From assembly GCA_965205215.1 (NCBI GenBank), contig OZ242041.1, positions 608,001-672,000 on the forward strand: a stretch of 64,000 bases of DNA. Direction: 5' to 3'. The DNA comes from Nitrosopumilus sp. (GTDB lineage Archaea; Thermoproteota; Nitrososphaeria; Nitrososphaerales; Nitrosopumilaceae). Under the pieces are notes generated by a model. The model was not told the DNA's origin. It saw only the letters and a program-made list of their open reading frames with translations, and searched no databases. Position 1 is the first letter of the stretch, and each line of letters starts with the position of its first letter. A program made the position numbers and the translations under genes. Below, piece after piece: positions 22,221 to 29,466 of this stretch.

Positions 22221-22505
22221 ATGGTACTTTCTGAAAAGGATCCTGAAGACAAGCAGAAGATGAAGAGCGGCGTGATCGGCGTGGTGGTGCTCCTCGTGCT
22301 GGGCTCTTTGTCGCCCCTGATAATCGAGGAGTTCACCGATGTCGACCTGGAGACGCTGTGCGAAAAGGGCGAGGACGGCGCCGACGCCGAATGCCTGGAG
22401 GAGGGCGACATAAAGACGACTGTCCTTGAGGGCCTCGGCTACGTGTCGATCATCATCGCGATCGTCGGCTTTGTCGGGTTTGTCATCGTGGGCGTAAAAT
22501 ATTGA
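22221..22505 (+). CDS. small two-TM protein, VirB2/TrbC pilin-like with permuted order
   Basis: 'DPEDKQKMKSGVIGVVVLLVL' and 'IIIAIVGFVGFVIVGVKY' correspond to the two halves of T4SS pilins. Confidence 0.6.
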   Translation: MVLSEKDPEDKQKMKSGVIGVVVLLVLGSLSPLIIEEFTDVDLETLCEKGEDGADAECLEEGDIKTTVLEGLGYVSIIIAIVGFVGFVIVGVKY

Positions 22506-22918
22506 AGGCGTCAACCGTCCTTGTATGCCTTGCAGGCGCGCTGCTCGGGATCGCGTACGCCTCCGGGTGGCGGGTTCCGGCAGGCTGGGCCTGGGTTCCC
22601 GTCGCGTTCTGGCTTGTAGCATGCGGGACGGACATGGCATATACGGTGAGATACAGCCGATTTTTATCAAAACACGAGCAGAGCCCCGTGCTCCGCGTCC
22701 TGGCGGGGCGCCTCCGCCTTGCGCATGCCGTGCCGGCGGCGCTTGCGGCCGAGGCGGCGCTCGTAGTTTCTTCTCCGCTTCTGGTCGTGCATGAGTGGGA
22801 TCCGGAGTTTATAGGCGTGACGGCCGTCCTGGTAGGCACGGTACACCTGTCCGGGTTTGCCGAGAGCGTGTCGTTTGTGCGCCGCATGGACGCGGGGCCC
22901 GTCGGCCGGGACGTCTGA
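22502..22918 (+). CDS. multi-pass membrane protein
   Basis: About four hydrophobic segments; TTGA overlap with the pilin-like gene. Confidence 0.7.
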   Translation: MKASTVLVCLAGALLGIAYASGWRVPAGWAWVPVAFWLVACGTDMAYTVRYSRFLSKHEQSPVLRVLAGRLRLAHAVPAALAAEAALVVSSPLLVVHEWDPEFIGVTAVLVGTVHLSGFAESVSFVRRMDAGPVGRDV

Positions 22919-23020
22919 TCAGGCCGGGATTTGCCATGATGTTTTTTACGCGCGGTGGACGGTCCCGCCATACAACCGCCAGAAAATTTTGCTTAAACGC
23001 ATTTTGGGCCTGATGTGCTG

Positions 23021-23848
23021 ATGAAGATCGGACTTGACGTCGGAACCGGCTTTGTAAAGTGCGTATCCGACTACGGGGCGGTGCGCTTTCCGTCCGTATA
23101 CGTGAGGCGCATCCACGGGCTGTGGACGGAAAAGGCGACGGAGGCGGTGGGCTCTAGGGCAAGCTCGCTGCTTGACACCATGGGCGCCACTGCCATAAGC
23201 CCGATAGTCAGGGGCAGGCCGGACCCCAGGTACTACAAGCAGGTGGACATGCTTCTGGCCGAGATGCTGCGCCAGATACACAAGCTGGCAAAGACCCCGA
23301 TCGATGCGGACGCAAAGCTCCGCATCGTGGTGGGCCTGCCGTACCACGCGTTTGGATACCGCGAGTCCATGGTCAGGGTGGTGCAAAAGGTGCTGAACGT
23401 GGAGACGTGCACCGTGGTCGCCCAGGCCTCGGGCACGCTGGTGGACCTCGACCTTGAGAGCGCCATCGTGGTGTCCATCGGGCAGGGGACGACGGAAATC
23501 GTGGTGATAGACGAAATGGAGGTGATAGACGGGGAGAGCTCCAGGTGGGCGTCGGATTTCGTGACAAAAAAGATTGGCAGGTACGCCCACCTCGACGTGG
23601 AACTGCTCCACAAGAACCAGGACGTGTGCCAAAAGTACGCGAGGGCGATGGCAGAGAATTTGGCCCGCGAGATACGCGACATGTCAGGGCAGTACGACGA
23701 CAGGTACCCCATAGCACTTTCGGGGGGCGGCCTGCTGATTCCCGGCATGCAGGAGAGGCTGGCCGCCCGGCTAAAGGAGTTCAAGGTGGTGGTCCCAGAC
23801 GACCCCGTGATGAGCAACGCAAACGGGCTCTACAAGCTGGTGGAATAG
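23021..23848 (+). CDS. ParM/StbA-like actin-fold ATPase
   Basis: Phosphate-1 'IGLDVGTGFVK', 'VVGLP', phosphate-2 'VSIGQGTTE', adenosine 'LSGGG', and 'SNANG'. Confidence 0.88.
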   Translation: MKIGLDVGTGFVKCVSDYGAVRFPSVYVRRIHGLWTEKATEAVGSRASSLLDTMGATAISPIVRGRPDPRYYKQVDMLLAEMLRQIHKLAKTPIDADAKLRIVVGLPYHAFGYRESMVRVVQKVLNVETCTVVAQASGTLVDLDLESAIVVSIGQGTTEIVVIDEMEVIDGESSRWASDFVTKKIGRYAHLDVELLHKNQDVCQKYARAMAENLAREIRDMSGQYDDRYPIALSGGGLLIPGMQERLAARLKEFKVVVPDDPVMSNANGLYKLVE

Positions 23849-24006
23849 TACGCCGCCTGCAGGTCGTGCGCCGTTTATGCGGGTTGCCAAGCAGCCAACC
23901 GCAAGGATGCAAATGCAGTCCTTCACAGGTGGTGGAATGCCCGGCGGCGCGTCGCATCCCCTGCCGTCTTGGAAGAGTGTGGTTCCAGGAAATATCATAA
24001 ACGGGG

Positions 24007-24282
24007 TCAGTCCCTGCCGTAGACGTACTTGTGATCTCCCACCACCAACAGCAGGATTATCTTTTGCCGGCTGACGACCTTGTAGATCAGCCGGTGCGAG
24101 CGCCCGATCTCATACGCAAAGTATCCCTTGAGTCGGCCCTTTTTTGGAATGCCTGCATCTGCGGGATTTTCGTATGTTGCAAGGTGCAATATGGCCTCGT
24201 TCACCCTGTCTTGCAGATGAGACGGAAGTCTTCTGTAGCTGCGGACAAACCGGCCGGTTCGCTCTATGCGCCACAAATTCAT
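24007..24282 (-). CDS. RelE/ParE/YafQ-like toxin
   Basis: 'FVRSYRRL...KGRLKG...HRLIY...LLVVGDH'. Confidence 0.85.
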   Translation of the reverse strand: MNLWRIERTGRFVRSYRRLPSHLQDRVNEAILHLATYENPADAGIPKKGRLKGYFAYEIGRSHRLIYKVVSRQKIILLLVVGDHKYVYGRD

Positions 24283-24422
24283 TCGGGCCTGCGAAGATCT
24301 TCTATCAGTGCTTCGGGGGTTTCAAATATTTTTGTCGTGTCCTTTCCGGATTCGTACTGTTCTATTGCATCCTCTTCGTTTGGCCACACTTCGTCATCTG
24401 ACGCCTGCTTTGTCTCTGACAT
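24279..24422 (-). CDS. small acidic antitoxin (47 aa, below the ORF-track cutoff)
   Basis: Translated by hand as MSETKQASDDEVWPNEEDAIEQYESGKDTTKIFETPEALIEDLRRPE; ATGA overlap with the toxin. Confidence 0.75.
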   Translation of the reverse strand: MSETKQASDDEVWPNEEDAIEQYESGKDTTKIFETPEALIEDLRRPE

Positions 24423-24587
24423 GCATTGCAATATTTTTAATTATTTTTAAAGATATCCACAGCGGGTCGGTTCTGCGCATTCCCACTCCTCTCCCCGTTT
24501 CCCCCAAGTCCCGATCCGGACGCAAATGGGGAACGCGGATAAAGCTGCACGTTTGTGGGCTTAAAAGGAAAATGCCGTCCTGACTGC

Positions 24588-25853
24588 ATGTCGAGGTGGC
24601 GCATCTCAAACAAAAGGATGCCCCGGGGGCAGCTGGCAGACGTCAAGAAATTCATGCGCGGCCCCGAAAGATTGTCTGCCCGCTCGGTGACCATACCGAT
24701 AGAGTCGGACCCGCAGAGGGCGGCAGACGTCGCCGGGGGCCTGGCAGGCGATCAAGTACGGAGCTTTGAGATGTGGTGGGACGCGGCAGAGTCAAGGCTC
24801 CGGTTTGTCATCATATCCGACGAGAGGGATGCCGGCGACTTTGAGCGGGCGTTCCGGGTCATGTATCCAAACGTGGCGTTCGACGGCATGAGCGAGACGG
24901 TCCCCGCATGGTTTGACCGCAGGTCCGCCGAATACCGCGTGTTTGACGTGGGCACGCGCCACGGCCACTACGCGACTATATTTGACGGGCCGGGGGAGAG
25001 CAGCCTCATCACTAGGATGGCAGGCGCCATCCAGTCGGCCGGCCACGCGTGGTTACAGTTCGTGTTTGCGCGGTTTGACTGCACGCCGTTTCTCCGCGCG
25101 CACATGTCGCGTCTGGACGGGCGGTTCGCGGAGATAAACCGGGGAGACTACACGTCGTGGGGGGACGAGATCACGGGAAGAAAGCCGCGCAGGCATCCGG
25201 AGCTCGGGTACGACCTTACGAGCAGCTACAAGGGACTCAAAAAGCACGCCATTGCAAAGATGCAGGGCGCGCACCTGGTAATGAGCATAAGGGGGCTGAT
25301 GCAGGGCGGCGACGGCGACGGCAGGGACGCCGACCTGCAGTTTGACAAGGTCTCGGCGCTGTCAGTTGACGGCATCGACTCCGCATACGAGCATCTGACA
25401 AAGTTCCGCTACGGGTACGACAAGTTCTACTCTGACACAAAAAAGTCACGGATCAGGGTGCCGGGGCCGCGCGGCGCGCCGGACCACAGGATATGCATGT
25501 TCGAGTCGCGGCACCTGCCGGATCCCGGCAGGTATTTTGGCCGCGCCATATCACAGTATTTCGACAAGAAATGGTGGGGACTCCGCGGGTACCAGACGCG
25601 GAGGCCCATGCCGTTTCTGATCCTCAACCCGGCGGAGGCGCCGCTGTTCGTGCACCTGCCGGACCCGTCGACGCCCAACATCGACACGACGCGCGGCGTG
25701 CGCCTGCCCTCAAAGCCGTCGGAGAAGGCGGGCGCGGGTATCGGCTTTTTCGACTCGCTGGACGATCCCGGTCAGCTTGGCCCTGCACCGGAAGACGCGG
25801 CACCGGAAGACGCGGCACAGGAAGACGCGGCACAGGATGCTGGCATATCTTGA
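24588..25853 (+). CDS. hypothetical protein co-transcribed with the coupling ATPase
   Basis: Long ORF with TTAAAA about 27 bp upstream. The C-terminus has A(P/Q)EDA repeats encoded by a 15-bp repeat. Confidence 0.75.
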   Translation: MSRWRISNKRMPRGQLADVKKFMRGPERLSARSVTIPIESDPQRAADVAGGLAGDQVRSFEMWWDAAESRLRFVIISDERDAGDFERAFRVMYPNVAFDGMSETVPAWFDRRSAEYRVFDVGTRHGHYATIFDGPGESSLITRMAGAIQSAGHAWLQFVFARFDCTPFLRAHMSRLDGRFAEINRGDYTSWGDEITGRKPRRHPELGYDLTSSYKGLKKHAIAKMQGAHLVMSIRGLMQGGDGDGRDADLQFDKVSALSVDGIDSAYEHLTKFRYGYDKFYSDTKKSRIRVPGPRGAPDHRICMFESRHLPDPGRYFGRAISQYFDKKWWGLRGYQTRRPMPFLILNPAEAPLFVHLPDPSTPNIDTTRGVRLPSKPSEKAGAGIGFFDSLDDPGQLGPAPEDAAPEDAAQEDAAQDAGIS

Positions 25854-27808
25854 CCACAGTACGGAAGGACGGGGAACGCCGGTGGGGCGAGATGGCAAGG
25901 TCCAAGGACATGGGCGCGGCGGTCATATCCCCCACCGACTTTGCAAACCACCTGTATGTGGTGGGCGCGTCCGGCTCCGGCAAGACCTCGCTCATCCGCC
26001 TGCTTGCAAAGCACCTGGAGGCGTGGAACCTCAACGGCACGTTTCCCAACGCGTTCATCTACGTGGACCCAAAGGGGGACGACTCCCACAAGTTCGTCAG
26101 GCAGTGCAGCCCCGACACGGTAGGTCGCGGCCTTGTGCACTTTCTGGACCCCCAAAAGACCAAGTTCTCGATCAACCCGCTTGAGCTGCCCAGGTACCAA
26201 GAGCAGGAGCGCGAGGAACTGGTGTCCAGGTATGTGGGATACTTTATGAAGACCATAGAGGAGTGGTACCAGCAGTCGGCCACGTTCGTCCAGATGGAGC
26301 GCATATTCCGCGCCCTGCTGTTCTACGTGTACATGAAGCACGACTCCCCCACATTCCTTGACATACACGACATGATACTGAAGATGCAGGAGAGCGGGCA
26401 CGACGCCCTGCCGCAGATAGCAGGCACGTTCGGGGAGCCGAATCCCGAGATGAAGCAGGCGCTCCTGAGCATAGCGGCGCTAAAGGGCGACGCGTTTGTC
26501 CCGCTGCTCAACCGCATCGAGCAGTTCGCGACCGACCCCGTGCTCAAGCGCATGTTTTCGGTCCGCAAGGGTACCGTGGACTTTGGAGAGCTGATCAGGC
26601 CCGGCATGTACACGGTTGTGCGCATATCGCCCCTGAACATGCCCCACCACGTGCAGCCTTTAGCGATGCAGGCGTTCATACTGAAACTGTGGTTTGCCAT
26701 CCAAGAGCGCGCAAACCGCATGCTGGGGGAGGAGAGGACGCAGGTGGTGCTGGCGCTCGACGAGTTCCAGATAGTCAAGGATTTACAGGTGCTCCAGCTG
26801 ATGCTCGAGCAGGCAAGGTCGCTGGGCCTGGGGCTGGTACTGTCACACCAGACCACCGAGCAGATATCCGACACCCAGCTCGGGCTGATCACCGGCAACT
26901 CGGGGACGCAGCTGGTCGGCAAGGTAAACGGCAAGGACGCCACCAGGATGGCCCAGATCTGGGACCCCCAGTTCAAGCGGGAGCTTACCCAGGTGCTTGC
27001 AAGCCAGGAGTACTTTCACTGGTCCATACGGGAAAAGGCGCCGCCCGGAAAGGAGCAGCCGCTGCCCGTCCAGTTCTGGCTGGGCGCGCCGCCCGAGCTG
27101 CTGGTGTCCGACGCCGCGTACGACGCGTTCCTGGCCTCCCAGCTTGCCAGGTACGGCCGCGGCGCGGTGGAGGATACCATGGTCAGGCAGACGATCGCCG
27201 CCCGCAACAAGTGGCTTGAGAGCATAACGGTGCGGTTCCCGGCGCACATGGAGTGGAGGATAATGGTCATGCTGCTCGGAAGGCCGCTCCAGCAGACGGA
27301 CATGGTGGCGCAGCTGCCCGTGTCAAACAGGTCCGAGGTGCTTGACATACTCAAAAAGATGCAGGCGGACCGGCTCGTCAGAAAGACCGATCCCGGAAAC
27401 AGGATGTCAAAGTACGAGCTGACACCGGACGCCAGGTCCGCGTACTTTGAGCCCAGGTTCGACGAGGTCGGCTCCGCCGCCGAGATCGAGGGCCTGACGC
27501 GGCGCGTGTTTTACAGCTATCTTGAGCTGGGGATGTTCGTGGCGGTGGCGTCTCAAAAGGTGACAAAGGGCCGCGACAGGACCGACCTGGTGGCGTACGA
27601 CTATGACAACGGCACGCCCATAAGCGTGGAGATCGAGTCGGTGGTCGAGGTGCAGAGCCACCCCGAGCACGTCCGGTACAACATGGTAAAGTGGCGGGAC
27701 ATGGGGTTCGGGCAGTGCCACGTGTGGTCCAAGAGCCCGAAGGCGCGGCAGATCTACGACCGCCTCTCAGACGAGGAGAAGCGCGGGGTCCTGGTTACCA
27801 TCACTTGA
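25850..27808 (+). CDS. VirD4/TrwB/HerA-type coupling ATPase with a C-terminal wHTH and PD-(D/E)xK-like domain
   Basis: Walker A 'GASGSGKT', 'VDPKGD', Walker B 'LALDEFQ', 'ARSLGL...SHQ'. The start is taken as the TTG overlapping the upstream stop. Confidence 0.85.
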   Translation: MTTVRKDGERRWGEMARSKDMGAAVISPTDFANHLYVVGASGSGKTSLIRLLAKHLEAWNLNGTFPNAFIYVDPKGDDSHKFVRQCSPDTVGRGLVHFLDPQKTKFSINPLELPRYQEQEREELVSRYVGYFMKTIEEWYQQSATFVQMERIFRALLFYVYMKHDSPTFLDIHDMILKMQESGHDALPQIAGTFGEPNPEMKQALLSIAALKGDAFVPLLNRIEQFATDPVLKRMFSVRKGTVDFGELIRPGMYTVVRISPLNMPHHVQPLAMQAFILKLWFAIQERANRMLGEERTQVVLALDEFQIVKDLQVLQLMLEQARSLGLGLVLSHQTTEQISDTQLGLITGNSGTQLVGKVNGKDATRMAQIWDPQFKRELTQVLASQEYFHWSIREKAPPGKEQPLPVQFWLGAPPELLVSDAAYDAFLASQLARYGRGAVEDTMVRQTIAARNKWLESITVRFPAHMEWRIMVMLLGRPLQQTDMVAQLPVSNRSEVLDILKKMQADRLVRKTDPGNRMSKYELTPDARSAYFEPRFDEVGSAAEIEGLTRRVFYSYLELGMFVAVASQKVTKGRDRTDLVAYDYDNGTPISVEIESVVEVQSHPEHVRYNMVKWRDMGFGQCHVWSKSPKARQIYDRLSDEEKRGVLVTIT

Positions 27809-28112
27809 GCCTGAGGCGCTCCAGCTTGCTCTTCCCGGACGCGGCCCTTGTGCCCGCGGGCCTCTCGGACTTGGCGCCCTTTGCCATCATGTCGGTTATG
27901 GCCCTCTTGTACGGGTCGAGGCCATCGGGGTCCGCAGCGCCGCCGCTGTCCACGACATCCGTGGGGCTGATTACGATCTTCCCGTCCGTGACCTCGAACC
28001 TGACGCTCTGGCCGTTGCAGATCCCCGCCTTTCTTACTATGGACTGCGGGATTGTCAGTATGAAGGAGCTCCTCCTCATGTGCACCCTGCGCTCCATTAC
28101 GTCTTTTTCCAT
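27801..28112 (-). CDS. AbrB-fold DNA-binding protein (AbrB-3, close paralog of AbrB-2)
   Basis: 'SFILTIPQSIVRKAGI...VRFEV.DGKIVISP'; same tail as AbrB-2, 'ASGKSKLERLRLK'. Confidence 0.88.
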   Translation of the reverse strand: MEKDVMERRVHMRRSSFILTIPQSIVRKAGICNGQSVRFEVTDGKIVISPTDVVDSGGAADPDGLDPYKRAITDMMAKGAKSERPAGTRAASGKSKLERLRLK

Positions 28113-28145
28113 GACCCCAATGCCCCGGATCCACTTAAGGGGAAA

Positions 28146-28380
28146 CGCGCGCTAAGCATGTGAAGCGCGCTCGCGGCACGCGCGCTAAGCATGTGAAGCG
28201 CGCTCGCGGCACGCTGTGGCGCGCTAAGCATGTGAAGCGCGCTCGCGGCACGCGCGCTAAGCATGTGAAGCGCGCTCGCGGCACGCGCGCTAAGCATGTG
28301 AAGCGCGCTCGCGGCACGCGCGCTAAGCATGTGAAGCGCGCTCGCGGCACGCGCGCTAAGCATGTGAAGCGCGCTCGCGG
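28146..28380. repeat. 33-bp tandem repeat x7 (CGCGCGCTAAGCATGTGAAGCGCGCTCGCGGCA) upstream of AbrB-3
   Basis: Seven near-perfect copies with one 6-bp insertion. The reverse complement contains TTCACATGCTT. Confidence 0.97.
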
Positions 28381-29115
28381 GCTGATGGCATTTATCTGCT
28401 ACCCCCTTCGCACATAACACAACACCTGAACGACGGCCAGCTCTTCTCCCGACACATTCCACATGGGGAGTCATCTTGGAGCGCCACGCGCTCACCCCCC
28501 CCAAGCTGGCATTCATCGTGGGCGCGCTGGGGGGGCTGGTCCGCCGGCGAAATGTCGCGCGTCGTGGGGATGGGGGGTTTCCCGCGCCCTCGTCGGTTCC
28601 CTCCGAGGTCGCTCAGTTGTCCCCCTCGGCCAGCAGGCGCCCCGCGCTCAGCTGTCAATTTCTCAAACATCTTCCAGCCCACACTCTTCCAGACGCGCGG
28701 TTGTCATTCAACACCCTCGCGCGCCGACGACCCGGATCGGGCAGGTCAACGGCGCCCCGCCAACTCGTCTTCCACATACGCGACGCGCCACCGGTATACC
28801 GCGCAGTCATTTCGCGGCATCCAACTGTCCGGATGTCCCTTTTTGGCAGACCCCTAGTTCCTTGCCCAAACTCGCCCGGAAGCACCAAAAATCACCGGTC
28901 GATTCTCCCAATGTACGCCGATCGCACTATGGCGACACGCACTTCGCGCACGGGTACGTTCTGGATCGGATCGTTCCAACCCCGTTCCCGGCGCAGACTT
29001 CCCGAGGCATCCGTGGTCCTACCGCCGTCAGCCAGCCAGATCACGAGACGTCTCTGGCACGTCCCGCGGCCGCCCTGGGCTCCGCCCAGGGCGGCATTTG
29101 CCCATCCTGTCTACC

Positions 29116-29237
29116 CAGTCGGCTCCGCCGACCCTAGGGGGGCTCCAGCACAGGCTCAGTCGGCTCCGCCGACCCTAGGGGGGCTCCAGCACAGGCTCAG
29201 TCGGCTCCGCCGACCCTAGGGGGGCTCCAGCACAGGC
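29116..29237. repeat. 41-bp tandem repeat, about 3 copies
   Basis: Units start at 29121, 29162 and 29203 (GGCTCCGCCGACCCTAGGGGGGCTCCAGCACAGGCTCAGTC). Confidence 0.93.
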
Positions 29238-29251
29238 ATCGTCAATGTCTT

Positions 29252-29352
29252 CGACTTTGTAGACTTTGTAGACTTTGTAGACTTGGCAGGCAGGCAGGCA
29301 CAAGAGTCGACAATGTTGTCGACTTTGTCGACTTTGTCGACTTTGTCGACTT
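29252..29352. repeat. 9-bp repeats GACTTTGT(A/C), creating tandem GTAGAC and GTCGAC sites
   Basis: Three GTAGAC and five GTCGAC (29306, 29318, 29327, 29336, 29345). Confidence 0.92.
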
Positions 29353-29466
29353 GAATCCACAAGGCCGGCTTTTCCACGGCGGAGTATATCCCTGATTGTA
29401 CGTCAATAGGAGATCAAGCCGCTCGAACAGTACATCCACAGGCCTGGGACAGCTCGCCCGTCACCA

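Noticed and set aside
28146-28380. CRISPR array or repeat-encoded proteins
   Set aside because: The tandem repeats are contiguous with no spacers. ORFs across the array are artefacts of the 33-bp period.
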